The position numbers and the translations under genes were made by a program. 64,000 bases of DNA from Candidatus Caenarcanales bacterium (GTDB lineage Bacteria; Cyanobacteriota; Vampirovibrionia; LMEP-6097). Below, piece after piece: positions 1-9,982 of this stretch. Positions within the stretch are counted from its first letter, which is position 1; each line of letters begins with the position of its first letter. The notes beneath the pieces were generated by a model, which was given only the letters and a program-made list of their open reading frames with translations, was not told the DNA's origin and did not search any database. Location: the NCBI GenBank assembly GCA_022447685.1, contig JAKVAO010000001.1, positions 22,939-86,938 of the forward strand, in the 5' to 3' direction.

Positions 1-538
1 TAGATTCTGGATTTACGATTAAGTCTAAGTATCTTTGGCGGTAGCGAGTTTCAACATCAGCTATGCCAAGTCTTCTTTTTTTACCTTCCACAATTTCAGG
101 TAGGGGTTGGAGTGTTTTGGAGAGTAAAGTGATTTTCTCTATGTCTAAAGTTACTTCTCCGCGAGGGGTTTTTCTTATCTTACCGGTGACACCAATATAA
201 TCACCCTTATCAAATAAAGGTAATAATTCTTTTAATTCTTCCGGACGAGTCTTTGCATCTGAAAATAATTGCAGTTTACCATCTTCGTCGAAAAGATCAA
301 CAAACATCCAATCGTTTCTCTGATTATGAACCTTGCCACACACAGAGGCTACAAAGTCAGTTCTCTCACCGTCTTCCAAATCTTTGAACTTCTCTTGAAT
401 CTCACCAACTCTGTGAGTTCTCTCAAAACCATACGGATAGGGATCAATTCCCTTTTCTTTTAGTTTTGCTAATTTTTCTAATCGTTGTTCTCTTAAGTTA
501 GAACTCGATTCTACATTATTATCCTGTGTCTTAACCAT
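1..538 (-). CDS. lysS: lysyl-tRNA synthetase, N-terminal part (gene continues beyond window start)
   Basis: Reverse-strand translation from ATG (complement of 536-538) gives MVKTQDNNVESSSNLREQRLEKLAKLKEKGIDPYPYGF...VETRYRQRYLDLIVNPES. This matches the class II LysRS N-terminal anticodon-binding region and the RYRQRYLDL motif. It is not in the ORF track because it runs off the window edge. Confidence 0.8.
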   Translation of the reverse strand, partial: MVKTQDNNVESSSNLREQRLEKLAKLKEKGIDPYPYGFERTHRVGEIQEKFKDLEDGERTDFVASVCGKVHNQRNDWMFVDLFDEDGKLQLFSDAKTRPEELKELLPLFDKGDYIGVTGKIRKTPRGEVTLDIEKITLLSKTLQPLPEIVEGKKRRLGIADVETRYRQRYLDLIVNPES

Positions 539-1028
539 TGTCTAAAGCTACTACTATACTGGGCTTACCTTTTACAATTCCAATACCTGTAACAACAAAA
601 GCTCCCATCATTGGCTCTAGCTCAGGCTCTTCGTCTATACCAGCTCTAAATGGTCTAGCAAGAGTTACGTTAGGTTCATAACCAACCGTTCCTGGTAAGT
701 CTTGTTCAGGATCTACAAGACCGTCAATAAGCTCTACAGGCTCTTTCGTAAATGGATTTAGGATTTTACGGATAGCTCCGAGTTCTTCAACGTCATAAGA
801 AGACTCTGGAATGACGCCACCAGTATCTACTGAGGAAATTTGTATATTTGATGCTAAGGCTTGAACAGAAGCTATTACTTGTGCGTTCTTAGCCTTATCC
901 TGTGCTTCCATTAAATTAGGTATTGCTATGGTTGCAAGTATACCAATTATGATTACAACGACCATCAGCTCTACAAGAGTTAAGCCGCTTTCTGTTCTCC
1001 TTCCAAATTGTTTAACAATTCTTAACAT
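531..1028 (-). CDS. type IV pilin / pseudopilin-like protein (prepilin N-terminal methylation motif)
   Basis: The internal Met gives MLRIVKQFGRRTESG|LTLVELMVVVIIIGILATIAIPNL: a basic leader, Gly, then a hydrophobic helix with Glu at +5 typical of type IV pilins. The ORF track starts 23 codons further upstream (1097), which is likely an over-extension. Confidence 0.55.
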   Translation of the reverse strand: MLRIVKQFGRRTESGLTLVELMVVVIIIGILATIAIPNLMEAQDKAKNAQVIASVQALASNIQISSVDTGGVIPESSYDVEELGAIRKILNPFTKEPVELIDGLVDPEQDLPGTVGYEPNVTLARPFRAGIDEEPELEPMMGAFVVTGIGIVKGKPSIVVALDNG

Positions 1029-1189
1029 AAGCCTGTTACAATCATAGCACTTAAAGAGTTTTTTATTCTTTAGGGTTGGGGGCGATCTATATAACATTTG
1101 AAGTCGGTCATTGAGATGACTTCAAGATATCTCAATCATTGGGTATTAAGTTAATAGATTAAGAATAGGAAAAGGAATATAAAAAACCG

Positions 1190-1765
1190 ATGGACTCAGA
1201 TTCAGTAGTGACTCTTGAAAAGCTTCAAAACAAGCTGAACAGCATAGAAGCTAAGATTGACCAGAATTTTAAAGATATAGGATCCCAACTAAAGGAGCAT
1301 ACTAGAGCTTTAGCATTCATATCGCAAACTCTGGGGAAAACTGATTTGGCAGGCAAATCGCCCAAAAATACCAGTGCTAGTCCTGCTAATGCTGATGAAA
1401 TGATTGCTGACACAAGAACTCAATATGAAAAAATTCGTGAAGAATTATACATTAGTATGAGTATTGAAATGAATGAGGAAAACAAGAAAAGTCCTTTGGG
1501 TAAAGAGATTGATGAGTTCCTAACTAGGATGCGTCTGACTTTCTTGAAGAGTCGTTTGAATATTGCTGATGCAGAACCAAGTAAGTTAGTTCATGTTGTA
1601 ACAAGTAAATTTCCGAATGTGATGACTAATTTTGACCGTGTGGATGTGAAAGAAAAAGATCTTATTAAGCAAATAAACGGCTTATTTACTGGAAATATAT
1701 ACCAAGGAACTTATACTAAAGATTTACTTAAAAATATGTATAACGTTCTTCTGAATTGGGATTAA
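1190..1765 (+). CDS. hypothetical protein (coiled-coil N-terminus)
   Basis: 191-aa ORF that fills the intergenic space. No recognisable motif. Confidence 0.4.
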   Translation: MDSDSVVTLEKLQNKLNSIEAKIDQNFKDIGSQLKEHTRALAFISQTLGKTDLAGKSPKNTSASPANADEMIADTRTQYEKIREELYISMSIEMNEENKKSPLGKEIDEFLTRMRLTFLKSRLNIADAEPSKLVHVVTSKFPNVMTNFDRVDVKEKDLIKQINGLFTGNIYQGTYTKDLLKNMYNVLLNWD

Positions 1766-1777
1766 GCTATGGCTTAA

Positions 1778-2563
1778 TTAGATTTTTTTAGAATAATAGT
1801 CTGCAATTCTATTGAATGAAAGGCTAGTAAGAAATATTATTGCAGCTGGATATATTAGAAGGCTTGGATTTGTTCGTAAATACTGAAATGAATCTCCTGC
1901 AATAGTTCCCCAACTTGTATTTGGTGGGGAAATCCCAAGGCCTATAAAGCTTAAGGTACTTTCTGAAAGAATAGCCCTTGGTAAAGTAAAGCCAATACTT
2001 ACAAGTATCAGGGTCCATGCATTGGGGATAAGATGTTTAAAGATTATTTGTAAATGATTGAGACCAATTAATTTCGAGGCAATAATAAACTCTTCTTGTT
2101 TGAGTTTTAGTAGCTCTGCTCTGGTGATTTTGGTGATTTCCATCCAATTAATAAAGGCAAGACCAAACACTATAGCCCCAGATGATCTGGAAAACAAAAG
2201 AGAAACTATGCTGAGTACCAGTAAATCTGGAAGCGAATATATGAAATCAATGAATTTTAGGATTATAAAATCTACTTTGCCTCCAACATAGGCTGCAAGA
2301 GAAGCCATACTTACTCCTATGAGAAATGCTATTGCTGCTGTCGAGAAAGCTATGGATAAACTTGTTTGAGCACCTTTGATGATTCTAATGAAAATATCTC
2401 TGCCTAGCGCATCTGTTCCCAATATATGATTGCTGCTAGGTGCTTCTAAAATAGAATTGATATTGATACTAATATGGTCATGGCTAAAACAATCAGGGCA
2501 AAGAGTGTAAAGCAGGGTGCTAACACTAATGATTATTAAAAAACTAATGGAAAGTATTGGCAA
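1778..2563 (-). CDS. ABC transporter permease, OppC/DppC/NikC family
   Basis: Multi-TM protein with an N-terminal OppC-type segment (ILGTDALGRDIF) and an ABC permease EAA-like loop (ASKLIGLNHLQIIFKHLIPN). Confidence 0.7.
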   Translation of the reverse strand: MPILSISFLIIISVSTLLYTLCPDCFSHDHISININSILEAPSSNHILGTDALGRDIFIRIIKGAQTSLSIAFSTAAIAFLIGVSMASLAAYVGGKVDFIILKFIDFIYSLPDLLVLSIVSLLFSRSSGAIVFGLAFINWMEITKITRAELLKLKQEEFIIASKLIGLNHLQIIFKHLIPNAWTLILVSIGFTLPRAILSESTLSFIGLGISPPNTSWGTIAGDSFQYLRTNPSLLIYPAAIIFLTSLSFNRIADYYSKKI

Positions 2564-2575
2564 TCTACAAAAATC

Positions 2576-3532
2576 TTAACAGTTTAATGGCTCTGGTAGT
2601 GGGAAATGTGTTTTCTCTTCAATTACCTCAAGTGTTTGAATCAGCTCACTCGTCTTATAGTCACTAGTTCCAATAAGTTTGGATATTAGTTGTTCTATTA
2701 ATTTTTCTGGAGCAGAGGCACCAGAACTGATTCCTATTACAGAGTCCTCTATATTCTCTATAGATTCTTCAGGTACAAAACTTTCAGGGTCAGAGATTAA
2801 ATTAACAGCTTTGCCAGCTTTATCTACTAATTCTACTAACCTTAAAGTATTAGAGGAATTGTTGCTACCAATAATTAAAATATGGTCACATTTGTTAATA
2901 AGCTCTTTGACTGCATCTTGGCGGTTTTGAGTTGCGTAACAGATGTCATCTGCTTTAGGGAATTCAACATTGGAGAATTTAGATTTAATGGCATTAATTA
3001 TTTCAGCTGTATCATCCACAGATAATGTGGTCTGGGTACATACCACTAAAGCTGTTTCAGGATTGAGAGCTAAGCTGTTTAAGTCAGATGCAGATTCTAC
3101 TAAGTGAATTTCATCTCGTGCATAACCCATTGCACCAACTACTTCTTGGTGACCTTTATGTCCTATGTATATAATTTTTTTGTTGTTATCTACAGCTTTC
3201 TTGATTTCTTTATGGACTTTGGTTACTAGTGGGCAAACGGCATCTATGAAAAATATTCCTCTTGCTCTCGCTGATTCTATTACAGCAGGGTCAGTGCCGT
3301 GAGCTGAAAATATTAGTTTAGCTGAATCTGGTACTTCATTTAAATCTTCTATAAATATTACTCCACGATTCTTGAAATCATTGACTACGTGATGATTATG
3401 AACAATTTCGTGCCTTACATATATAGGTGCATCATATATATCAAGTGCTTTATCCACAATCTCTATTGCTCTATCGACACCTGCGCAGAAGCCTCTTGGG
3501 CTTGCAAGAATAATTTGTTTAGGTTTTTTCAC
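2576..3532 (-). CDS. ispH: 4-hydroxy-3-methylbut-2-enyl diphosphate reductase
   Basis: ILASPRGFCAGVDRAIEIV, HEIVHN, CPLVTKVH and SSNT motifs align with E. coli IspH/LytB along the full length (318 aa). Confidence 0.9.
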   Translation of the reverse strand: MKKPKQIILASPRGFCAGVDRAIEIVDKALDIYDAPIYVRHEIVHNHHVVNDFKNRGVIFIEDLNEVPDSAKLIFSAHGTDPAVIESARARGIFFIDAVCPLVTKVHKEIKKAVDNNKKIIYIGHKGHQEVVGAMGYARDEIHLVESASDLNSLALNPETALVVCTQTTLSVDDTAEIINAIKSKFSNVEFPKADDICYATQNRQDAVKELINKCDHILIIGSNNSSNTLRLVELVDKAGKAVNLISDPESFVPEESIENIEDSVIGISSGASAPEKLIEQLISKLIGTSDYKTSELIQTLEVIEEKTHFPLPEPLNC

Positions 3533-3554
3533 AGAAATAATAGTACTATTCTGA

Positions 3555-4520
3555 GTGAAGGCAAGTAAAGTGCAAGATCTATTGTTATTTCAAAATTTAT
3601 TATTAAAAATACTTCCTTTGTATTTGGTAATTCTCATTGGCTTTGTAGCAGGTAAGTTTCTTGAAATTGACAGGAAAAGTATTGCTCTGATGATAATGTA
3701 TGTTGTTGCCCCTATTGTATTCTTTAATGGAATTATCAAAGATAATATTCCGCTTCAGAGTTTATCTATTTCTGTATTTGTTTTTTGTGTTTGTACATTT
3801 TTGGCTTTAATTTTTTTAGGTTTAGGATCTTTGATTTGGAAAGACTCTACCAAAAATATCCTTGCTCTATGTTCAAGTTCAGGTAATATGGGCTATTTTG
3901 GTTTACCTGTTGCTTTAGCTATTTTTGGTCCAAAAGCACTGCCAACTGTAATTATGGCTACGCTCGGGATTATATCTTTCCAAAACTCTCTTGGCTTTTT
4001 TATAGCAGCTAACGGTAAGTATAGCTTTGTAAGAAGCTTAAAGAAAACTTTATTACTTCCTAATATCTACGCTGTGATTTTAGCTTTTTATTTGAAAGAC
4101 TTTATTGATATACCAAGTTTAAGTGGCTTTGCTAAGAATATTTTTAATATCGCAAATAATTTCACAGGTGCCTACAGTATACTTGGTATGCTTATTGTTG
4201 GTTTAGGCTTATCGCAAATCAAGTCTATGAAGCTCAATAAAAAAACTTTCCTATTTTTAATCTTGAGTTTATTTGCTAAATTTGCAATTTTCCCATTTTT
4301 GACTTACTTATTTATTATTTTTGATAAACATAGTTTGCACTTATTTAGTTCTAGCACTTACCCTGTTTTGATGATGCTCTCACTTGCACCTGTTCCTGCA
4401 AATGCAGTAGTTATAGCATCAAGTCTAAAGCTTGATACTGACATGATTTCCATTACTGTGATGTTGAGTAATTTCTTTGCCTTATTTTTAATACCAATGC
4501 TTTTAGTCTGGATGCATTAA
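3555..4520 (+). CDS. AEC-family (auxin efflux carrier / malate permease-like) membrane transporter
   Basis: About 10 predicted TM segments. Size and N-terminal LxxLPxxLxIxxG pattern fit the AEC family. Assignment by resemblance only. Confidence 0.45.
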   Translation: MKASKVQDLLLFQNLLLKILPLYLVILIGFVAGKFLEIDRKSIALMIMYVVAPIVFFNGIIKDNIPLQSLSISVFVFCVCTFLALIFLGLGSLIWKDSTKNILALCSSSGNMGYFGLPVALAIFGPKALPTVIMATLGIISFQNSLGFFIAANGKYSFVRSLKKTLLLPNIYAVILAFYLKDFIDIPSLSGFAKNIFNIANNFTGAYSILGMLIVGLGLSQIKSMKLNKKTFLFLILSLFAKFAIFPFLTYLFIIFDKHSLHLFSSSTYPVLMMLSLAPVPANAVVIASSLKLDTDMISITVMLSNFFALFLIPMLLVWMH

Positions 4521-5416
4521 GGTAGAATATTGAGTGCTACGCTGCTGAGAGAATTTGCCTGAGTTAGAACGCTACTTGCCATGTTTTGTCTAACTTGATC
4601 CATGAAATACTCACTTGAAGAAGCTGCTTTGTCATCGTCTAGCATGGTTGACCTTAATTGTTGAGCACCTAAGGCAAATACTTCCTGGAATTCGGATTGT
4701 GTTCTAAGTCTGTTCGAGTAAGAGGAATTCTTGCTTTCCATTCTGTTGATATTATCAAGCATTGCATTTATATCAGCTAGGCTTCCATTTCGTCCAGTTG
4801 CGCTTCCATCGTGGGAACTTACTGAATTAGAGCCGACATTGAATTCTTGAAGATTGATAGTCGATCCTTCACCTAATGATCCAAGGTTGGTATTATTAAT
4901 TGCAATTTCCATTCCTTTTCCAGTTGTTCCACTTGCAAGATCTAAACTTAAATAATCTTCATCATTCACACCGAATAAAATATTTATATCTTCAGTGCCG
5001 TCAAAAATATTTTTGTCACCAAACTGAGTATTTTCAGCTATGGCATTAATGGTTTCTACCCTTGCAACTACCTCTCTCTGTATGGCAGCAAGTTCTCTTT
5101 CACTATTAGGTGAATTATAAGCTTTAACAGTGAGGTCTCTTATCTCCTGTAAATTTTCTTTTACTGTTTTTAAACCAGCATCTAAAGTGTCTATAAGACC
5201 GACGCCTTGCATAATGTTTCTTCTAGCATTATCTGTACTTTTTACAACAGTATCAATTCCACTTGCTATTGATAAGCCAGCAGCATCATCTGCCGCTTTG
5301 GTGATCCTAGTTCCAGTGGATAGTCTTTTTGTTGTTCTTTCAAGATCACTTGAAATTTGGTTGAAAGATCTTACTGCAAAATCACTTGTAGCATTAGTAT
5401 TGATCGATAGAGCCAT
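4517..5416 (-). CDS. flagellin
   Basis: N-terminus MALSINTNATSDFAVRSFNQ...RLSTGTRITKAADDAAGLSIAS and C-terminus ...SQANSLSSVALNILP are canonical flagellin D0/D1 segments. Confidence 0.85.
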   Translation of the reverse strand: MALSINTNATSDFAVRSFNQISSDLERTTKRLSTGTRITKAADDAAGLSIASGIDTVVKSTDNARRNIMQGVGLIDTLDAGLKTVKENLQEIRDLTVKAYNSPNSERELAAIQREVVARVETINAIAENTQFGDKNIFDGTEDINILFGVNDEDYLSLDLASGTTGKGMEIAINNTNLGSLGEGSTINLQEFNVGSNSVSSHDGSATGRNGSLADINAMLDNINRMESKNSSYSNRLRTQSEFQEVFALGAQQLRSTMLDDDKAASSSEYFMDQVRQNMASSVLTQANSLSSVALNILP

Positions 5417-5452
5417 TTAGTATCATCCTCTTAGCCCCCTGTCTTGATATTT

Positions 5453-5480
5453 ATATCGGCTAAATGGATGAGATCTTTAA
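5453..5480 (-). promoter_or_regulatory. sigma28 (FliA)-type promoter upstream of flagellin
   Basis: Minus-strand sequence TTAAAGATCTCATCCATTTAGCCGATAT fits TAAAG-N14/15-GCCGATAA. It sits about 40 nt upstream of the flagellin start. Confidence 0.5.
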
Positions 5481-5503
5481 CTAATTTTGTAAAAAGACTA
5501 GTA

Positions 5504-6442
5504 CTAGGGTATTAGATTTAGAGCTATACTTCCCTGTGAGTTAGATTGGGTTAGTATTGATGTGGCTGAATTTTGAACTAATTGGGATTTGATTAAATTA
5601 GAGCTTTCAGCAGCAACATCAGTATCAAATATGTTTGAGTGGACTTGACTCATACCCATAGTGAAAGCTTCTTGGTATTCCATATGAGAGCCAAGCGCGT
5701 TATCATAACTTCCTAGATTAGTTCTCATACGTGTGACATTTTCAATCATTTTGTCTATATCACTCATTGTATAATTGGCTTCCCCGCTACTAACAGCAAA
5801 GGTTGCGTCATCCGCAGCTACAACATTAATAGAACCAAGGTTCATTGTCTCTAAAGTTCTTCCAGTTGTATCTATACCCTCTGTTATTGAACCAAGGGCA
5901 GTCTCGTCTGTCGTGAGACTGATTTCAATTCCTTGATTGGCGGCGACTCCTGATTGAAATAATAAGGTAAGTTGGTCGCTATCTTTAACACCGTAGTGAA
6001 TATTTCTGTCCTGGCTCCCATCTAAGAGCACTGATTGACCGAATTTGGTACCTTCTGCAATACTGCCAATCGTATTGATACTCTCAACGAGTTCTCTTTG
6101 CATAACGTCTCTCTGTTCATCACTATAAACTCCGTTGTTTGCTCTTACAGTTAGTTCTCTTATTGAATCTAATTCATCACCAATAGATGCTAAAGCAGCG
6201 TCCATGGTTTGGAGCATTGATATACCATCACTGATATTTCTTTTAGAATTGGTTGTACTCTTTAAAAGAGTTTCAAAGCCTTTTGATATAGATAAACCAG
6301 CTGCATCATCTGCACCTTTGTTGATTCTATGACCACTAGATAATTTCATTGTAGAATCAGCTACTTTATCTGTAGCATTCTCAAATGACCTCCTGGTAAA
6401 TATCGCATTAGTATTTGTATTTAAAGAAATTGACATCTTCAC
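5504..6442 (-). CDS. flagellin (second tandem copy)
   Basis: MSISLNTNTNAIFTRRSF...GADDAAGLSISKG N-terminus and ...TQSNSQGSIALNLIP C-terminus. Paralog of the preceding gene. Confidence 0.85.
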   Translation of the reverse strand: MKMSISLNTNTNAIFTRRSFENATDKVADSTMKLSSGHRINKGADDAAGLSISKGFETLLKSTTNSKRNISDGISMLQTMDAALASIGDELDSIRELTVRANNGVYSDEQRDVMQRELVESINTIGSIAEGTKFGQSVLLDGSQDRNIHYGVKDSDQLTLLFQSGVAANQGIEISLTTDETALGSITEGIDTTGRTLETMNLGSINVVAADDATFAVSSGEANYTMSDIDKMIENVTRMRTNLGSYDNALGSHMEYQEAFTMGMSQVHSNIFDTDVAAESSNLIKSQLVQNSATSILTQSNSQGSIALNLIP

Positions 6443-6472
6443 TCCCCCGTATTGTGATTTGTATGTTTCTCT

Positions 6473-6500
6473 ATATCGGTCAAATGATCTAGATCTTTAA
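6473..6500 (-). promoter_or_regulatory. sigma28 (FliA)-type promoter upstream of second flagellin
   Basis: Minus-strand TTAAAGATCTAGATCATTTGACCGATAT is nearly identical to the motif upstream of the first flagellin. Confidence 0.5.
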
Positions 6501-6529
6501 CATTATTTCAAAAATATTTTATAGCTTCT

Positions 6530-8341
6530 CTAGATATTTACCTGGAGTTCATCATACTTGATAGGTTCACCAAATATCATATTGAGACCGAAACCAACTT
6601 GGTTTCTAACTGTATCGTAACTAGCCCTGAATTTGAAATCTTCTGGACCAAACTCTGCTCTGAGCTGGTTTTGTGTGATTTCATTATCATCCATGTTGAA
6701 GTTCGTGAAAGCTCCAATTGTGAGCCACTTGTTGATTTCAAGGTCGCCATCGAAGACTAAGGCGTGATTACCATCAACGAATTGATCAAAGATAAATGGT
6801 GACTCACCACCAATAGCAGCATATAAGTAATCTATCTCGAATTGAAGTTTATCGAAAGATGCTTCAATAGCAGGACCAAATCTGTTGATAACGTTAATAT
6901 CACCAGTGTCATAGAATCTCAAAGAACCCGCATTCCTTAATCTGAGAGCAACATTGAAGCCCTCATTTCCAAGTCTAAATAGTGGGTTCGTGTAGAATTG
7001 AATACTTTCTTCAAATCTGAAACCTTCTGCTCCAGCTGAGCCTCTAATGCCAGATTCATCTGCTCTTGCCCCTAATAAATCATCTCTTCTTTCACTAGAA
7101 AATAAGTCAACGTTATCTTCAACATAGCCAGCTATACTTCTTATCTGCGCTCCTCTTTCATCGAAAAGCCAATGATTAACTCTTAATCTATGCGCTAATT
7201 CATAATTTTGTTTAATTTGTGAATTACTGAACATTTGGTTTCGGTTAAATTGGTTCACGAGAGCGTTCGTTTCAAAACCCCAACCCAATTGTTGATGAGC
7301 ATTTAATATAAATCTATTTTCAAGAGACCCATAACCTGCCATGATTGCAGTGGTATCACCAGGCGTATTGAAACTGGCTATAGCACCACCACCAAAGCCA
7401 AAATCATTACCGAGTTGTAAGACTGGAGCAAGGGCAAAAGTATTACTACCAAATGATTTATAGAATCTTGGACCTAAGGCAAAGCCACCAATTCTTTCTC
7501 TTTGACCAATTACTGGTCCTCTAAATCTAGTATTTGCTGTTTCACCAACTGTAGTAGTAAGTTCTATTGGAGAAGGAATACTGAGCTTATCATTGATAGC
7601 AATTCTTGCACCTTGGATTTTTAAGTTGTTTTGTTTTTTGGTTTGATCATAAAGAATTCTTTTGGCTGAATATCTTAGTGAGCTTTTGTTCTCGTGTATA
7701 TCTTTCCAGCGTAGCTTTCTTCTCTCGTGATAGAACCTTAACTGTTGTGAATATCTTGTTTGCACGGCATTACCTGGTACGTATACTGTTATTGGTTCAT
7801 TAGTTACCAAGTAACCATTGTCAAAAACTAATTTGATTTTGTCGTCTTTATCTTCGTCCTTAGCTTCTTTGAACTCTGATTTACTGAAGCGTGCTTTAAG
7901 TCTAATCTGGTCAGAGAATATTTTAGGATTCTCCATGGTATATGTCTTGGTGTCGGTTTTGAAAGCAACATGCTCACCATAGGCAACACTTTCGTTTTGT
8001 GTTACTTTGACATCACCATCAGCTTCAATTAAATTCTCTAATCCATCAAAGCTTAGAGTGTCGGCTTCAATCTTGATATTTTTGTCTCTGATTATTGCAA
8101 TGGCATTACCATCAGCAAGATAAAAATCTTGAGTTTCATTATAGGTTAGCTCATCTGCAATAATTTCAACATAGGGCTTTTTACCTTGTGATTCTTCTTC
8201 TATAGAAAGCTCTTGAGTTTGATTTTCTTTTTTATCTTTTTTTGCGAAAACCATTCCAGAAGAAGATATGCAGAGCAAAGCTAATGAACTTAGTAATATT
8301 TTGGATTTATGGTTTGCAAAAAGCACAGACCCTCTAATCAT
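6530..8341 (-). CDS. LptD/OstA-like outer-membrane protein (putative LPS-assembly)
   Basis: Signal peptide, then an OstA-like N-terminal beta-jellyroll segment (LTYNETQDFYLADGNAIAI...EADTLSFDG...EADGDVKV), then a long Gly/aromatic-rich beta-strand region. Shorter than typical LptD. Confidence 0.4.
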   Translation of the reverse strand: MIRGSVLFANHKSKILLSSLALLCISSSGMVFAKKDKKENQTQELSIEEESQGKKPYVEIIADELTYNETQDFYLADGNAIAIIRDKNIKIEADTLSFDGLENLIEADGDVKVTQNESVAYGEHVAFKTDTKTYTMENPKIFSDQIRLKARFSKSEFKEAKDEDKDDKIKLVFDNGYLVTNEPITVYVPGNAVQTRYSQQLRFYHERRKLRWKDIHENKSSLRYSAKRILYDQTKKQNNLKIQGARIAINDKLSIPSPIELTTTVGETANTRFRGPVIGQRERIGGFALGPRFYKSFGSNTFALAPVLQLGNDFGFGGGAIASFNTPGDTTAIMAGYGSLENRFILNAHQQLGWGFETNALVNQFNRNQMFSNSQIKQNYELAHRLRVNHWLFDERGAQIRSIAGYVEDNVDLFSSERRDDLLGARADESGIRGSAGAEGFRFEESIQFYTNPLFRLGNEGFNVALRLRNAGSLRFYDTGDINVINRFGPAIEASFDKLQFEIDYLYAAIGGESPFIFDQFVDGNHALVFDGDLEINKWLTIGAFTNFNMDDNEITQNQLRAEFGPEDFKFRASYDTVRNQVGFGLNMIFGEPIKYDELQVNI

Positions 8342-8408
8342 AAAACAGATGTCTATGAAATGGAGTTTTTTTTTGATTAAGGATATAATTGAGATAATAC
8401 AAATTTAT

Positions 8409-9524
8409 ATGTTTTTGAAGTCCATCAATTTATTGAATTATAGAAATTATCAAGAGTTATTTTTGGAATTAAATAATCAAAAACTCATTATTCTTGGTGA
8501 TAATTCTCAGGGGAAAACTAATTTACTTGAGGTTGTTCAAATTTTGAGTCTTGGTAAGTCCAAAAGAGCTTCTAAAGACGCACAGTTGGTTAATTTCGAT
8601 GCTGATAATGCTGTGATTCACGCAAAGGTGGATAAAGGTTTGGGGGAAGAATTAGCAATAGCGCTAATGATACGCAAAAGTGGTAGAAGAACTCTCAAGA
8701 TTAATGAAGTCACCAAAAAACCTTCTGATATTACTCATAAAATCTATACAGTTTCTTTTATGGTAGATGATTTACATATGGTGGCTGGCTCTCCAAGTGA
8801 GCGTCGCGATTGGTTAGATTCTATTCTAAGGCAGCTTAATATTCAGTATAAGGATGTTTACGCTAAGTTTGAGAAGGCTCTTAGCCAAAGAAATAGTTTT
8901 ATTAAATCTCTAGTTGAGCAAGGTGTTTATTTCCCTAATCTTAATGATAGTCATAGAGAACAATTAAGTATTTGGAATGAAATGTTTATCGAAGCAGCAA
9001 ATACTGTGACTAAGTATAGAAAAGCCTTAATCCAAGAATTAAATCCTGTTATTGCAAGTCATTATAAAAATATTTCAGGCAAAGAAGATGCTTTGGAGGT
9101 GAGCTATGCTGGGACTGAACTTCAAGAAGCTGACCTGGATAAGAGGCTTAGAGTTGATTTCATCAGATCATATACGACTTTAGGACCACACCGTGATGAT
9201 ATTAGTTTTGTTCTGAAGTCTCATAATGCTGGTGATTTTGCAAGCCAAGGTGAGAAAAGATCTATAGTTCTTGCTTCTAAATTATCTGAGATTGACTTAC
9301 TCAAGGCTAAGCATAATATTAGACCTATATTGCTTTTGGATGATGTTCTTGCTGAATTGGATGAGTCAAGGCAGGATCACCTTTTGGATGCTGTAGACTC
9401 TGACACTCAAGTGATTATTACAACCACTCATTTGGGTAAGCATTTGCAAAAATGGAGTGAAAATGCTCAAATTATAAATATAAAGTCTGGTGAAATCGTA
9501 GAGAAAGCTTTGCTGGGAGTATAA
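8409..9524 (+). CDS. recF: DNA replication and repair protein RecF
   Basis: Walker A LIILGDNSQGKTNLLE (the RecF GxNGxGKTN motif), signature and Walker B LLLDDVLAELD near the C-terminus. Start chosen at the internal Met (MFLKSINLLNYRNY). The ORF-track start at 8268 would overlap the upstream convergent gene. Confidence 0.85.
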   Translation: MFLKSINLLNYRNYQELFLELNNQKLIILGDNSQGKTNLLEVVQILSLGKSKRASKDAQLVNFDADNAVIHAKVDKGLGEELAIALMIRKSGRRTLKINEVTKKPSDITHKIYTVSFMVDDLHMVAGSPSERRDWLDSILRQLNIQYKDVYAKFEKALSQRNSFIKSLVEQGVYFPNLNDSHREQLSIWNEMFIEAANTVTKYRKALIQELNPVIASHYKNISGKEDALEVSYAGTELQEADLDKRLRVDFIRSYTTLGPHRDDISFVLKSHNAGDFASQGEKRSIVLASKLSEIDLLKAKHNIRPILLLDDVLAELDESRQDHLLDAVDSDTQVIITTTHLGKHLQKWSENAQIINIKSGEIVEKALLGV

Positions 9525-9890
9525 ATGAAAAGAGAAAAGCAAGAAAACTTAATACCAATAAATAAACTTTTTTCTCAAATTACAAAAAATATTGATAAGA
9601 ACAAGCATCAGTCTATTTTTGAACTCTGGCGTGAACTTCAGTGGGAGAATTTAGGTTTACCGGATATCGTAAAACGTAAGACTTTTGCTGATAGGGTTAC
9701 TCGTGACCGTAAACTTATTGTCGGAGTAAAACATGCTGCTCTAGCAAATGAACTTCAATTTCATAAAGAAAAGCTGTTGAATTTACTTAACCAAGCAATT
9801 AAAAATGCTAATAAAAGTATTCACTTGAAGGAAAATTTTTCTCAAGACTATGTAAAAGAGCTTAGAGCCCTTGTTTTTGAGCTTAGATAA
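9525..9890 (+). CDS. DUF721-type protein commonly found downstream of recF
   Basis: 121 aa, LWRELQWENLGLPDIVKRKTF...LIVGVKHAALANELQF pattern, placed immediately after recF. Confidence 0.5.
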   Translation: MKREKQENLIPINKLFSQITKNIDKNKHQSIFELWRELQWENLGLPDIVKRKTFADRVTRDRKLIVGVKHAALANELQFHKEKLLNLLNQAIKNANKSIHLKENFSQDYVKELRALVFELR

Positions 9891-9982
9891 CTACACTTAC
9901 AATTGTATGTCAAATCTTGCCTCAAGATAATATTGTATTTACATTATGGTGGCTTCAATAACTTGGTGGAGTATGGAATTTT

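Noticed and set aside
269-463. 64-aa plus-strand ORF
   Set aside because: Lies antisense inside the lysS coding region, which gives a clear LysRS translation on the minus strand. Typical shadow ORF.
8268-8408. 5' extension of the recF ORF (ORF-track start at 8268)
   Set aside because: It would overlap the start of the convergent LptD-like gene by 74 bp on the opposite strand. RecF homologs begin at the internal MFLKSINLLNYRNY (8409), about 20 residues before the Walker A motif.
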